Shown piece by piece: positions 36,452-48,695 of a stretch of 64,000 bases of DNA. Location of the stretch: assembly GCA_965232515.1 (NCBI GenBank), contig CBDDPY010000002.1, forward strand, positions 3,872,001 to 3,936,000, written 5' to 3'. Source of the stretch: Alphaproteobacteria bacterium (lineage in GTDB: Bacteria > Pseudomonadota > Alphaproteobacteria > GCA-2731375). Position numbers and translations under genes: made by a program. Each line of letters starts with the position of its first letter. Position 1 is the first letter of the stretch. Below the pieces are notes generated by a model. It saw only the letters and a list, made by a program, of their open reading frames with translations, had not been told where the DNA came from and searched no databases.

Positions 36452-37354
36452 ATGTCGCTCGATTCCGACAATCTGCTTGACCGACGTCGACTGAAGCGGC
36501 GGCTCGTCGTTTGGCGGGTCGTCGCGATCGTCGCCGTCGTGGCCTTGATCGGCGTTGTTCTCAGCGAGCTGTTTCCGCCGAGCGAGCGTCATGTGGCGCG
36601 GCTGAACGTCGACGGCATCATTGTCGAGGACCGTGACCGCGAGGAAGCGCTCGACAAGATCGCCAGGGACGACACGACGGCGGCGCTGATCGTCCGCATC
36701 AACAGTCCGGGCGGCACCACCACCGGCAGCGAGGAGCTCTACCACGCGCTCCGCCGCGTGGCGGCGGACAAGCCGGTGGTCGCCGTGCTCGGCACCGTCG
36801 CCGCGTCGGGTGGCTACATCGCCGCCATCGGGGCCGACCATATCGTCGCGCGCGAGACCTCGCTGACCGGCTCGATCGGCGTGCTGATGCAGACCGCCGA
36901 GTTCACCGGGTTGATGGAGAAGCTCGGCATCGTGCCGCACTCGCTCAAAAGCAAGCCGCTGAAGGGCCAGCCATCGCCCCTGGAACCGCTCAGCGGCGAG
37001 GCGCGGGCGGCAATCCAGACCACCATCGACGACAGCTATCAATGGTTTTCGGAGCTGGTCGCCGCGCGGCGCAATCTCGACAGCAGCCAGACCGCCGCCG
37101 TCGCCGACGGTCGCATCTTCACCGGCCGTCAGGCGCGGGATAACCGTCTCGTCGACGCGATCGGCGGCGAGCGGGCAGCGCGCGATTGGCTGGAAGCCGA
37201 ACATTCGCTGCCGAAATCGCTTCCGGTGATCGATCTGCAGTACGGCGAGGAAGCCTCGCTGAGCCGTCGGCTGGTTATGTCGCTGGCCGGAAAAGTGTTG
37301 TCATCTGAAGTACTTATGCTTGACGGCCTGCTATCGGTTTGGCACGCTGAGTAA
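36452..37354 (+). CDS. sppA: Signal peptide peptidase SppA (S49, short form)
   Basis: INSPGG, AASGGY, TGSIGV, DGRIFTGRQA. Confidence 0.93.
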   Translation: MSLDSDNLLDRRRLKRRLVVWRVVAIVAVVALIGVVLSELFPPSERHVARLNVDGIIVEDRDREEALDKIARDDTTAALIVRINSPGGTTTGSEELYHALRRVAADKPVVAVLGTVAASGGYIAAIGADHIVARETSLTGSIGVLMQTAEFTGLMEKLGIVPHSLKSKPLKGQPSPLEPLSGEARAAIQTTIDDSYQWFSELVAARRNLDSSQTAAVADGRIFTGRQARDNRLVDAIGGERAARDWLEAEHSLPKSLPVIDLQYGEEASLSRRLVMSLAGKVLSSEVLMLDGLLSVWHAE

Positions 37355-37441
37355 AGGTTGCGATGTCCGAGCCGGGTCGCGCCGGGCATCGATTTCGACC
37401 ATATCAGCAACCATGCAGGCGCAAGCCGGGGCCGACGTTTC

Positions 37442-37732
37442 ATGATCAAGTCCGAGTTGATTGCGCGCCTCGCGGAGGCCAATCCGCATCTCTATCAGCG
37501 CGACGTGGAACGCATTGTCACGACCATCTTCGATGAGATCACCGCCGCGCTTTGCCGCGGCGATCGGGTTGAGCTGCGCGGCTTCGGCGCCTTCTCGGTC
37601 AAGCGGCGCCCCGCCCGGGTCGGCCGCAATCCGCGCACCGGCGAAGCGGTGCAGGTCGCCGAGAAGCACGTGCCGTTCTTCAAGACCGGCAAGGAACTGC
37701 GCGAACGACTGAACGGCAGCGGCGAGTCCTGA
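37442..37732 (+). CDS. ihfB: Integration host factor beta subunit
   Basis: [38 protein letters not shown]. Confidence 0.97.
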   Translation: MIKSELIARLAEANPHLYQRDVERIVTTIFDEITAALCRGDRVELRGFGAFSVKRRPARVGRNPRTGEAVQVAEKHVPFFKTGKELRERLNGSGES

Positions 37733-37763
37733 TCCGACAACCGAAAGGTCGCGATCCATCATC

Positions 37764-38126
37764 ATGGCGCAGCGCAAGTCGAGAATCGTCAAGCTCATTT
37801 TCTGGATCGTCCTGCTGCCGATCGCGGTCGTGCTGATCGCGTTCGCGATCGCCAATCGCGCGCCGGTCACGGTGCGGTTCGATCCGCTGCCGTTCGCCAT
37901 CGACATGCCGCTCTATGCCGTCGGCCTAATCGGCATCTTCGTTGGATTGGTGTCCGGCGGCATCATGACCTGGCTGCGCGGCGGCCGCTGGCGCAAGCTG
38001 GCCCGCGAGCGCCAGCACGACAAGGCGCAGCTGGAGCGCGAGCTGGCCCCGCACCGCGCACAAACCAGCCCGGCCGGGACGCCGCTGCCGACATCGACGT
38101 CGACGGACATCACCCGCGCGGCCTGA
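37764..38126 (+). CDS. LapA/DUF1049 family membrane protein
   Basis: FAIANRAPVTVRFDPLP between two TM helices; follows ihfB. Confidence 0.85.
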   Translation: MAQRKSRIVKLIFWIVLLPIAVVLIAFAIANRAPVTVRFDPLPFAIDMPLYAVGLIGIFVGLVSGGIMTWLRGGRWRKLARERQHDKAQLERELAPHRAQTSPAGTPLPTSTSTDITRAA

Positions 38127-38145
38127 CGGTTCCGGCCAAGACGAC

Positions 38146-39093
38146 ATGATCATTGCCTCAGCTGAACAGGTCGACACGGCGCTCGGCTACGCCGAACTGG
38201 TGGCGCACCTGCGCCAAGCCTTCGTCAAAGGCTGCGAGGCGCCGCTGCGCCATCACCATACCCTCCAGAATCCAAATGGTCCGGACACCATCCTGTTGCT
38301 GATGCCGGCCTGGCGCCCGGGCGGCGCCGCCGGGGTCAAGATCGTTAGCGTGGCGCCCGGCAACGCCGATCTCAACCTGCCGTCCGTGCTCGGCGCCTAT
38401 GTGCTGCTCGACGGCGTCACCGGCCAGGTCAAGGCGCAGATCGACGGGCCGCGCCTGACGCTGCGACGCACGGCCTGCGCCTCGGCTCTCGCCGCCAGCT
38501 ATCTCGCCCGAGCCGACGCCAGCCGCATGCTGATGGTCGGCGCCGGCGCGCTGGCGCCGCATCTGATCGGCGCCCATGCGGCCGTCCGGCCGATCCAGGA
38601 GGTGACGATCTGGAATCGCCGACGCGAGCGGGCCGAGGGACTTGCCGCCCGCCTCGCCGGCAATGGCCTGGCCGTGCGAGCGACGACCGACCTGGAGGCA
38701 GCAGCCCGGCAGGCCGACCTGATCTCCTGCGCCACCAACGCCACCGCGCCGCTGATCCATGGCGCCTGGCTGAAGCCCGGCGCCCATCTCGACCTGATCG
38801 GCGCCTTCACGGCCGAGATGCGCGAGAGCGACGACGAGGCCGTGCGCCGGGCCCGGGTCTTCGTCGACACCCGCGACGGCGCCCTCTCCGAGGGCGGCGA
38901 CATCATTCAGGCCATCGCCGGCGGCGCCATGACGGCGGACGACATCCAGGCCGACCTGTTCGACCTCTGCCGCGGCGATCATGCCGGCCGTGGCGGCGAC
39001 GACGAGATCACGCTGTTCAAGTCCGTCGGCACCGCGCTGGAAGACCTGGCCGCGGCCGAGCTGGTGGTCGAGAAGCTGACGGCCGGCCGCTGA
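38146..39093 (+). CDS. Ornithine cyclodeaminase / mu-crystallin family protein
   Basis: LLMPAW, GVKIVSV, LTLRRTACASALA, GAGALA, TLFKSVGTALEDLAAA. Confidence 0.9.
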   Translation: MIIASAEQVDTALGYAELVAHLRQAFVKGCEAPLRHHHTLQNPNGPDTILLLMPAWRPGGAAGVKIVSVAPGNADLNLPSVLGAYVLLDGVTGQVKAQIDGPRLTLRRTACASALAASYLARADASRMLMVGAGALAPHLIGAHAAVRPIQEVTIWNRRRERAEGLAARLAGNGLAVRATTDLEAAARQADLISCATNATAPLIHGAWLKPGAHLDLIGAFTAEMRESDDEAVRRARVFVDTRDGALSEGGDIIQAIAGGAMTADDIQADLFDLCRGDHAGRGGDDEITLFKSVGTALEDLAAAELVVEKLTAGR

Positions 39094-39124
39094 CGCCGCC
39101 GGATCTGCTATAACCGGCGTTGAC

Positions 39125-39772
39125 ATGACGATTGCAGCGAAAATCTGCGGCTTGAGCGATACCCAGGGTCTGCGCGCCGCCATCGAGGCCGGCGCGGCGC
39201 TTGTCGGCTTCGTGTTCTATCCGCCGTCGCCGCGCGCGGTGACGCCGGCCCAGGCCAAGGCCTTGGCCGCCGAGGTGCCGGCCGGCGTCCAGAAAGTCGG
39301 CCTGTTCGTCGATCCGGACGACGCCCTGCTGGACGAGGTGCTGGCCGCCGTGCCGCTGGACCTGCTGCAACTGCATGGGCAGGAGACGCCGGAACGCGTC
39401 GCCGAGATCGCGAAACGCACCGGCGTGCCGGTGATGAAGGTCATCAAGGTCGCCGAGCGCGCCGATATCGAGGCCGCGCACGCCTACGAGGACGTCGCCG
39501 ACCGCCTGCTGTTCGACGCCAAGGCGCCGAAGACCATGGCCGACGCGCTGCCCGGCGGCAACGGTCTGGTGTTCGATTGGAACCTGCTCGGCGGCAAAAG
39601 CTGGCGGCGGCCCTGGATGCTGTCGGGCGGCCTCGACGCCGGCAACGTGGCCGACGCCGTTCGCATCAGCGGCGCGCCGGCGGTCGACGTGTCATCGGGG
39701 GTCGAAACCGCGCCCGGCGCCAAGGATCCGGCCGCGATCAAAGCTTTTCTTGACGCCGTCAAGGCCCTCTGA
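39125..39772 (+). CDS. trpF: Phosphoribosylanthranilate isomerase
   Basis: KICGL, GFVFYPPSPR, LQLHGQE, PGGNGLVFDW, VDVSSGVE. Confidence 0.97.
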   Translation: MTIAAKICGLSDTQGLRAAIEAGAALVGFVFYPPSPRAVTPAQAKALAAEVPAGVQKVGLFVDPDDALLDEVLAAVPLDLLQLHGQETPERVAEIAKRTGVPVMKVIKVAERADIEAAHAYEDVADRLLFDAKAPKTMADALPGGNGLVFDWNLLGGKSWRRPWMLSGGLDAGNVADAVRISGAPAVDVSSGVETAPGAKDPAAIKAFLDAVKAL

Positions 39773-39787
39773 CAGAACCCGGGGGCC

Positions 39788-40995
<1,208 letters not shown>

Positions 40996-40999
<4 letters not shown>

Positions 41000-41820
41000 G
41001 CGGCGGCACGGCGCGGATCGACCGGCGTTTCACCGACCTGCGCGCCGCCGGACGGGCGGGCCTCGTCGCATACGTGATGGCCGGCGACCCGGACATCGAG
41101 ACCAGCGCGCGTATCTTCGCGGGCCTGCCGGCCGCGGGCGCCGACCTCATCGAGCTCGGCATGGCCTTCACCGATCCCATGGCGGACGGCCCGTCGGTTC
41201 AGGCCGCCGGCCTGCGCGCGCTCGAGGCCGGCATCAGCCTGCGCAAGACACTGGACATGGTCCGCGCCTTCCGGGCGAACGACGATGACACGCCGGTCGT
41301 GCTGATGGGCTACTACAACCCGATCTACAATTACGGGGTCGATGCGTTCCTGCGGGACGCCGGCGATGCCGGGCTCGACGGCCTGATCATCGTCGACCTG
41401 CCGCCGGAAGAGGATCACGAGCTCTGCCTGCCGACGCTTGCCGCCGGGCTCAGCTTTATCCGCCTGGCGACGCCGACCACAGACGACAAGCGCCTGCCGG
41501 CCGTGCTGACGAACACCAGCGGCTTCGTCTACTACGTCTCCTATACCGGCATCACCGGCGCGCGCAGCCTCGACTCCGACGCCGTCTCGACGGCCGTCAC
41601 CCGGCTCAAGCGGCACACCGACATTCCCGTCGCCGTCGGATTCGGCATCCGCACGCCCGAACAGGCCGCCGCCGTCGCCCGCGTCGCCGACGCCGCCGTG
41701 GTTGGCTCGGCGCTGGTTGAACGGGCCGGCAATGGCGACGGCGACGCCGTGGAGGGTGTGCTGGACCTGGTCCGGTCGCTCGCCGACGGCGTGCGGACGG
41801 CGCGAAACGGTGACGCATAG
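40996..41820 (+). CDS. trpA: Tryptophan synthase alpha subunit (TTG start overlapping trpB stop)
   Basis: [41 protein letters not shown]. Confidence 0.97.
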
Positions 41821-42765
41821 ATGAATTGGCTGACGAACTTCGTGCGCCCGAAAATCCGGGCGCTGGTCCGCAAGAAGGACATTCCAGACAAGCTCTGGCT
41901 GAAATGTCCGAGCTGCGATCAGATGCTGCACCACAAGGAGATCGGCGAAGCACTGCACGTCTGCCAGTATTGCGGCTATCACTTGCGCATCGGCGCGCGC
42001 GAGCGCTTCAAGCAGCTTTTCGACGACGGCGAATTCACTGTCATCGAGTTGCCGGAGGTGCCGGCCGATCCGCTGAAGTTCCGCGATGAGAAGCGCTACA
42101 CCGACCGCCTGAAGGAGAACCGGAACCGCACCGAACAGGACGACGCCGTGCTCGTGGCGCACGGCAGTCTCGGCGGCAAGCCGGCCGTGATCGGCGTGCA
42201 GACGTTCCAGTTCATGGCCGGCTCCATGGGCCTCGCCGCCGGCGAGGCCGTGATCTCGGCGGCCAAGCTGGCGGTCCTGCAGGAAGCGCCGCTGATCGTG
42301 TTCTCCGCCGCCGGCGGCGCCCGCATGCAGGAAGGCATTCTGTCGCTGATGCAGATGCCGCGGACGACCATCGCCGTCGAGATGGTGCGCGAGAAGAACC
42401 TGCCTTTCATCTCGGTGATGACCGACCCGACCACCGGCGGCGTCACCGCCTCTTACGCCATGCTGGGCGACATTGCCATCGCCGAGCCGGGCGCGCTGAT
42501 CGGCTTCGCCGGCCCGCGGGTGATCGAGAACACCATTCGCGAAAGCCTGCCCGAAGGCTTCCAGCGGGCCGAATACCTGCTCGACCACGGCATGCTGGAT
42601 ATGGTGGTGCCGCGCCGCGAGATGCGGGCAACGCTGATCCGTGTCATCGACATGCTGATGAACCCGACGCCGCCCGCGGAAGTCGTGGCGCTGCCGCAGA
42701 CCGATCTGGAGATCCCGGAACCGCAGCCGCCGGCGCCCGCCGATGACTCGAGCCCGCCTGCCTGA
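41821..42765 (+). CDS. accD: Acetyl-CoA carboxylase carboxyltransferase beta subunit
   Basis: [21 protein letters not shown] zinc finger, [17 protein letters not shown]. Confidence 0.98.
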   Translation: MNWLTNFVRPKIRALVRKKDIPDKLWLKCPSCDQMLHHKEIGEALHVCQYCGYHLRIGARERFKQLFDDGEFTVIELPEVPADPLKFRDEKRYTDRLKENRNRTEQDDAVLVAHGSLGGKPAVIGVQTFQFMAGSMGLAAGEAVISAAKLAVLQEAPLIVFSAAGGARMQEGILSLMQMPRTTIAVEMVREKNLPFISVMTDPTTGGVTASYAMLGDIAIAEPGALIGFAGPRVIENTIRESLPEGFQRAEYLLDHGMLDMVVPRREMRATLIRVIDMLMNPTPPAEVVALPQTDLEIPEPQPPAPADDSSPPA

Positions 42766-44074
42766 TCCGCCCGCCGCCAAGGGCGACGTCATCCTCGAGC
42801 GGCTGACCCGGCTGCACCCCAAGCTGATCGATCTGACGCTCGGCCGCACCGAACGGCTGCTGGCGCGGCTCGGCCATCCCGAACGGCGGCTGCCGCCGGT
42901 CGTGCATATCGCTGGCACCAACGGCAAGGGTTCGACGTTGGCCTTCATGCGGGCTGGCCTCGAGGCCGCGGGCTACCGCGTGCACGTCTACACTTCGCCG
43001 CATCTGGTGCGCTTCAACGAGCGCATCCGGTTGGCAGGCCGGCTGATCGACGACGACGCCCTGATCGACGCGTTGGAACGCGGCGAGCGCGCCAACGACG
43101 GCGAGCCGATCACCTTCTTCGAGATCACCACGGCCGTGGCGTTTCTCGCCTTCGCCGAAACGCCGGCCGACATCCTGCTGCTGGAGACGGGCCTCGGCGG
43201 CACGACCGACTCGACCAATGTCATCGAGCGTCCGCTGCTGACCGCCATCTCGCCGATCTCCTACGACCATCAGCAGTTTCTAGGTAACAGCCTGAGCGAG
43301 ATCGCGGCGAACAAGGCCGGCATCCTGAAGCCGGGCGTCACCGGCATCATCGCCCGCCAGCCGCCGGAAGCGACGCGCGTGATCGAGACCCGCGCGAGCG
43401 AGATCGGCGCGCCGTTGCTGCGGCGCGATACCGACTGGCGGATCGAGACAGTGAACGACGGCCTGCGTTTCGAGATCGATGGCAAGGTCATGGAGCTCCC
43501 GCCGCCGACACTTCCTGGCGTGCATCAGCCGGACAATGCCGGCCTGGCGCTCGCCTGCCTCGCACGCCTCGACGGCTTCGACATCGACGAACGCGCCCTT
43601 GCCGCCGCCGTGACCGGCGTCGACTGGCCGGCGCGCCTGCAACGCCTGACTGCAGGCCCACTCGCCAAAACGCTGCCGGCCGATACCGAGCTGTGGCTGG
43701 ACGGCGGCCACAACCCGGCCGCCGCCGAATTGCTCGCCGACACGCTGTCGCGCTGGCCACCACGGCCGCTGCATCTCGTCGTCGGCATGATGAACAGCAA
43801 GGATTGCCGCAACTATCTCGAACGGCTGACGCCGTTGTCGCCGCGGGTGCACGGCATCGCCATTCCCGGCGAGGCCAACAGCCTCACGGCCGAGGAGATC
43901 GTCGCCGTCGCCCGCGACGTCGGCCTGCCGGCTGCGCCGGCTGCGGACGCGGCGGACGCGCTCTCACGCATCGCCGCCAACACAGCGGACCGGCCCGCGC
44001 GCGTCATGATCTGCGGCTCGCTCTACCTCGCCGGCGCCGTCCTTGGCGCCAGCGAAGCGCTCTATCCGACGTAG
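42743..44074 (+). CDS. folC: Folylpolyglutamate synthase / dihydrofolate synthase
   Basis: [47 protein letters not shown]. Confidence 0.97.
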   Translation: MTRARLPDPPAAKGDVILERLTRLHPKLIDLTLGRTERLLARLGHPERRLPPVVHIAGTNGKGSTLAFMRAGLEAAGYRVHVYTSPHLVRFNERIRLAGRLIDDDALIDALERGERANDGEPITFFEITTAVAFLAFAETPADILLLETGLGGTTDSTNVIERPLLTAISPISYDHQQFLGNSLSEIAANKAGILKPGVTGIIARQPPEATRVIETRASEIGAPLLRRDTDWRIETVNDGLRFEIDGKVMELPPPTLPGVHQPDNAGLALACLARLDGFDIDERALAAAVTGVDWPARLQRLTAGPLAKTLPADTELWLDGGHNPAAAELLADTLSRWPPRPLHLVVGMMNSKDCRNYLERLTPLSPRVHGIAIPGEANSLTAEEIVAVARDVGLPAAPAADAADALSRIAANTADRPARVMICGSLYLAGAVLGASEALYPT

Positions 44075-44098
44075 GCCCCGATCGTCACCAACGCTGTC

Positions 44099-44569
44099 TT
44101 ACGAACGGTTGCGTTGCAGCCGCTTCTCGATTTGTCGCTTTTCCCAATCGGCGCCGAACAGGGAAAACACCTCGAACACGGCCAGCCCGTGCGATGCCAC
44201 CCCCAGTCCCCAACCCAGCGCGGGCCAGATAAACCACGGATAGTCCGTCGCCATGAAGAAATAGGCCACGATCATTGCCGCAATCGAAATCAGGTAGACG
44301 ATGAGGTGGCTGTAAAAGCCCTTGATGTCGCGAACGTATTCCAGGGCCTCGCGCTCGGCGTCCGGCAGCTCTCGTTGTTTGTACATGCTCGTCTCCGTCG
44401 ACAGCGTGGCGATATCCACATCGAATACCGAAGCCAACGCGCCGAGCGTTTCCAGGCTGGCCTTTCCGCCGCGCTCGATCCGCTGGATCGTGCGCACGCT
44501 GAGACCGCTCACCTCGGCGAGTGTCTCCTGGGACCAGCCTTTTTCCAGCCGTAGTTTGCGAACGATCAT
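44099..44569 (-). CDS. XRE-family HTH protein fused to a 2TM domain
   Basis: GWSQETLAEVSGLSVRTIQRIERG; KGFYSHL..Y, WFIWPALGWGLGVASH, WEKRQIEK. Confidence 0.9.
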   Translation of the reverse strand: MIVRKLRLEKGWSQETLAEVSGLSVRTIQRIERGGKASLETLGALASVFDVDIATLSTETSMYKQRELPDAEREALEYVRDIKGFYSHLIVYLISIAAMIVAYFFMATDYPWFIWPALGWGLGVASHGLAVFEVFSLFGADWEKRQIEKRLQRNRS

Positions 44570-44844
44570 CCGATCCGCCCTCCGGGCGCTGAGGCTTCGA
44601 TATGACGAGCATCGGGAAATATACACCCGAAGACCACGCCAGCGACCCGACATCAACCCGTCATGACGCCGACAAACGGCCCGATCTGGCCAGATTCCGC
44701 GCTTTCCGAACCACAGATGCGCGGCAGCGCGCCCGCCGCGACAATGGCGGACGGCCATCATCCATCGCTTCTCAGCCGGCGTTCCGGCCGCGAGCCAAGT
44801 CTGGTATTCGAATTGGAATCAGGCCGCCATTGGCGGCCGTTCGG

Positions 44845-45165
44845 TCAGATCGATTCTTCGATCCACTCGACGATCTTGGACTTCGTCGCCGCGCCGACCT
44901 TGGTCGCCGCGACCTCGCCGCCCTTGAACAGCATCAACGTCGGAATGCCGCGCACGCCGTACTTCGTCGGTGTCGACGGATTGTCGTCGATATTGATCTT
45001 GGCAACCGTCACCTTCTCGCCCATCTCGGCCGCGATTTCTTCCAGCGAGGGGCCAATCTGCTTACAGGGACCGCACCATTCGGCCCAGAAGTCGACGACA
45101 ACCGGTTGGTCGGACTTCAATACGTCGTCCTCGAAGGACGCGTCGGAGATCGCTTTGGTGGACAT
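44845..45165 (-). CDS. trxA: Thioredoxin
   Basis: [21 protein letters not shown]. Confidence 0.98.
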   Translation of the reverse strand: MSTKAISDASFEDDVLKSDQPVVVDFWAEWCGPCKQIGPSLEEIAAEMGEKVTVAKINIDDNPSTPTKYGVRGIPTLMLFKGGEVAATKVGAATKSKIVEWIEESI

Positions 45166-45269
45166 CTGTCGTTTCCGCCTCTTGTTTCTGAACCCGCTCG
45201 GGTTCGGCTTGCAATCGGTCGCCGCGCGCCCGGTGGGACGAGTTACGCCGGCCCGTCCGGTGCCCTTTA

Positions 45270-45298
45270 GAGTAGGAACGCGACCCCCGAGCGTCAAG
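45270..45298 (-). promoter_or_regulatory. Putative RpoH-type promoter of trxA, overlapping the addA stop
   Basis: Minus strand CTTGAC-N16-CCTACTC, same architecture as the hsp20 promoter. Confidence 0.5.
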
Positions 45299-48200
45299 GT
45301 GCGTGCCGGTCCAGCAGGCCGTCTTTCAGCGGCATCAGCCGCGGTCCGTCAGTCCACAGCAACGCGCACCGCACGAGCCGATCAGGGTAAATCTCCCGCA
45401 ACGCGGCGCGATAGGCCGCCATCTGCTTCAGATAGATGTCCGGCACCGCCTCAGCGGTCGCGGGCGGCGGCCGCTGCGTCTTGTAATCGATCACCAGCAC
45501 CTCGGCATCGCTGACCCGCAGCCGATCGACCCGGGCGGCGATGATGCGGTCGCCGATGCGCCCGGCGATCGGCGCTTCCGCCCGCGAATCAGGCCCGAAG
45601 ATATCGGCAAAGTCTGGATCGGACAGCACGGCCAGCGTTTCCTCGGCGATCTCGCGCTGCGCCTCCGGCGACAGCCCATGCGCCGGATTGGCGAGATACC
45701 GTTCGGCCGCCGCCGCCCACGCATCGGCCGGCACGTCCGGCAGTCCCTGCAGCAAGCGATGGATCAGATTGCCACGCCGGAACCGCACGCCCTTGTCGGC
45801 TCCCAGCGGCGGCTGCACCGGCGGATCGACCTCGACCGGCCGCGAGGGCACCAGCGGCCGCGGCGGATCGGCCTCCGGCGGCGCCGGCCGCAACGCCCAA
45901 TCCGGCAAAGGCGACGGCGCCCTGTGCACGGCTGTCGCCGATCCGGGCGCCGGCTCAATCTGCGGATTGCTCAGCCGCAGCCCGGTGTCGCCCCCATCGA
46001 GCGCGATTTCGCTGCCGAGGTCCCGCATCGCCGTCTCGGCGTAGTCGTACCAGCAGCCGGCCGGGCGATCCTTGGCGGTCTGCCAACCGCAGATGTAGAG
46101 CCGGTCCTCCGCCCGCGTCAGCGCCACGTAGAACAGCCGCCGGTATTCCCGCGCCCGCCGCGCGCGCGCCGCCTGTCGCGCCTCGCCCGCGACCGCTTCC
46201 TCCATCTCCCGCCGCGGCACCCAGACCAGGCCCCGGCTGATTCCGCCGTTGGCCAGCCAGAACAGCTTGCCGTCCTGCCGCGGATCGGGCGCCCGCACGG
46301 TGTCGGGCAGGAAGACGACCGGCGCCTGCAAGCCCTTGGCGCCGTGCACCGTCATCACCCGCACCTCGTCGCGACGCTGCTCCTGATCGCGCTTGACCTC
46401 GGCCGCCCCGGCCTCGAGCCAGGCGAGAAAGCCCTGCAGCGACGGTGGATGCGCCCGCTCGTATTCCAGGGCCAACCCCAGGAACTCGTCGATGGGTTCG
46501 TTCGCTTCCGCGCCGAGCCGCGCGACCAGACGCCGCCGGCCGCCTTCGGCGCCCAGTAGCCGCGCGAAAAAGGCGAACGGCGCCGCGAAATCGGCCCGCG
46601 CCAGCCAGTCGGCCAACCGGGCATGCGCGTCGGCGAAGTCCGGCCGGTCGCCACGCCGCCGCGCGAGCGTACGCCAAAGCGTGTCGTCGCCGCGGCCGTG
46701 GGCCAGGTCGAACAGCGTGTCCTCGTCGAAGCCGATCAACGGTCCCTTCAGCACCGTGGCGCAGGTCAGATCGTCCTCCGGCAACAGCAGGAACTGCGCC
46801 GCCGCCATCAGGTCCATCACCGCCAACTGGTCGGCCAGCACCATGCGGTCCAGGCCGGCGACCGGAATGTCCCGCGCCTTCAACTGCCGCACCATGGCCG
46901 GCAGGAACGGCGCCCGCCGCTGCACCAGGATCATGATGTCGCCGGCCCGGATCGGCCGGCCCGCCGATTCCAGCATCTCGCCGCTATCGAGCCAGCGCCG
47001 GATCAGTTCGGCGATCCGGCCCGCCAGGCGCTGCACCGGGCTGTCGTCCGGTTCCTGGTCCAGCGGCGGCGACCAGGGCTCGCGCTCCGGCCGTTCCTCC
47101 GGCGCCTCCGGCGGCCACAGCTCGACCAGGCCCGCGTGACCGCGACGATGCGCCAGATGCCGGATCTCGGCGTCCTCGGCGAACAGGCCGTCGCGCGCGT
47201 CCGCGTCGGCGAAGACCCGGTCGACGAACGCCAGCACCGAGGGCGTCGAACGGTACGACCGCAAAAGCTCCACTGGCCGCCAAACCGCCTGCGCCTCGGC
47301 GATGCGTTGGGCGAAGAAGGCCTGCATGTCGCTGAAGGCCTGCGGATCGGCGCGCTGAAAGGAATAGATCGATTGTTTCGGGTCGCCGACTGCGAACACG
47401 GTTCTGACGTCTTCGCGGGCGCCGCTGCCGGCGAAGAACTCTTCCGCCAGCGCCCGCACCACCTGCCACTGGTCGGGATTGGTGTCCTGCGCCTCATCGA
47501 TAAGAATATGGTCCAGGCCGCCGTCCAGCTTGTACAGCACCCAGGCCGCGGCGCGGGTCTGGGTCAGCAGGTCGCGCGTGTGCAGAATCAGATCGTCGTA
47601 ATCCAGCAGCGCCCTTCGCCGCTTCTCGTCCTCGTAGCTGTCGATCAGCCGGTCTCCAAGCCGCAACAGCGCCGCCGTCGCCTCGGCCAACCGCACCGCC
47701 TTGAGGCGCTGCCGAACGCCGTAGAGACGCTCGGCCTCCGCGCGCAAGACATCATCGGCATCCGGCGCTATATCGAGCACGGCTTTGGTGGCAAGGCGTT
47801 CGCGGATCTCGCCGGCCTGCGTCAAGAAAGCCGCGCAATAATTCTCGAAGCGATCCGGCCGGCCGGCCGGATCGTCCAGCCAGGCGGCGATCACGGCCGC
47901 CCGGCCGGCATCGGTCTTGCCGCCGTCCGCGAGCGCCGGCAGAACCCCGCGCAAGGCCGCGACATCGATCGCGAGGTCCGCGCAGGCAGCCGCCACCACG
48001 GTTGCTTCCGTGGCGTCTTCCTCGACCGACAGCGCCGCGCGGATCGCCGCGATCAGACCGTCGATGCCGGCATACTGATCCAGCAGGCGCCGCAGCCGGC
48101 CGCGCTCGTTGCTGAGCGTCGTCATGATCTCGCTGAATGCCTGCTCCTCGACATGCGCGCTCAAGGCCGCCATCAGCTTGGAGCCGGATTCGGCTTCCGC

Positions 48201-48695
48201 CGCCAGCACCCGGTCGCGCGCGTCGATCAGCAGTTCGCCCGCCGTGCGCTCGTCCATGACCTGGAAATGCGGCGCCACGTCGGCTTCCAGCGGAAAACGG
48301 CCGAGCAGCGACTCGCAGAAGGCGTGGATCGTCTGCACCTTCAGGCCGCCGGGCGTCTCCAGCACGCGGGCGAACAGCCGGCGGGCCCGGATCTGGTCGT
48401 CCGCCGCCACCGGCGCGCCGGTCAGCGCGGCGATGCTGCCGGCAAGTGCCGCGTCGTCGGCGATCGCCCATTCGCCAAGCCGCCGGTGCAGGCGGTTCGC
48501 CATTTCCGCCGCCGCCGCCTTGGTGAAAGTCAGGCACAAAATCCGCTCCGGCCGGGTGCCGCCCAGCAGCAGCCGCAGCACCCGGTTTGTCAGCACCTGG
48601 GTCTTGCCGGTGCCGGCCGACGCCGTCACCCAGACCGAGGCCTGCGGATCGGCGGCGCTGATCTGCTCGCGGGTCAGACGCTCCGGCGCGCTCAT
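45294..48695 (-). CDS. addA: Double-strand break repair helicase-nuclease AddA
   Basis: [61 protein letters not shown]. Confidence 0.97.
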   Translation of the reverse strand: MSAPERLTREQISAADPQASVWVTASAGTGKTQVLTNRVLRLLLGGTRPERILCLTFTKAAAAEMANRLHRRLGEWAIADDAALAGSIAALTGAPVAADDQIRARRLFARVLETPGGLKVQTIHAFCESLLGRFPLEADVAPHFQVMDERTAGELLIDARDRVLAAEAESGSKLMAALSAHVEEQAFSEIMTTLSNERGRLRRLLDQYAGIDGLIAAIRAALSVEEDATEATVVAAACADLAIDVAALRGVLPALADGGKTDAGRAAVIAAWLDDPAGRPDRFENYCAAFLTQAGEIRERLATKAVLDIAPDADDVLRAEAERLYGVRQRLKAVRLAEATAALLRLGDRLIDSYEDEKRRRALLDYDDLILHTRDLLTQTRAAAWVLYKLDGGLDHILIDEAQDTNPDQWQVVRALAEEFFAGSGAREDVRTVFAVGDPKQSIYSFQRADPQAFSDMQAFFAQRIAEAQAVWRPVELLRSYRSTPSVLAFVDRVFADADARDGLFAEDAEIRHLAHRRGHAGLVELWPPEAPEERPEREPWSPPLDQEPDDSPVQRLAGRIAELIRRWLDSGEMLESAGRPIRAGDIMILVQRRAPFLPAMVRQLKARDIPVAGLDRMVLADQLAVMDLMAAAQFLLLPEDDLTCATVLKGPLIGFDEDTLFDLAHGRGDDTLWRTLARRRGDRPDFADAHARLADWLARADFAAPFAFFARLLGAEGGRRRLVARLGAEANEPIDEFLGLALEYERAHPPSLQGFLAWLEAGAAEVKRDQEQRRDEVRVMTVHGAKGLQAPVVFLPDTVRAPDPRQDGKLFWLANGGISRGLVWVPRREMEEAVAGEARQAARARRAREYRRLFYVALTRAEDRLYICGWQTAKDRPAGCWYDYAETAMRDLGSEIALDGGDTGLRLSNPQIEPAPGSATAVHRAPSPLPDWALRPAPPEADPPRPLVPSRPVEVDPPVQPPLGADKGVRFRRGNLIHRLLQGLPDVPADAWAAAAERYLANPAHGLSPEAQREIAEETLAVLSDPDFADIFGPDSRAEAPIAGRIGDRIIAARVDRLRVSDAEVLVIDYKTQRPPPATAEAVPDIYLKQMAAYRAALREIYPDRLVRCALLWTDGPRLMPLKDGLLDRHAP

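Noticed and set aside
38146-39093. Ornithine cyclodeaminase-family gene in front of trpFBA
   Set aside because: From recall, this gene follows ihfB-lapA in other alphaproteobacteria, so it is not unusual.
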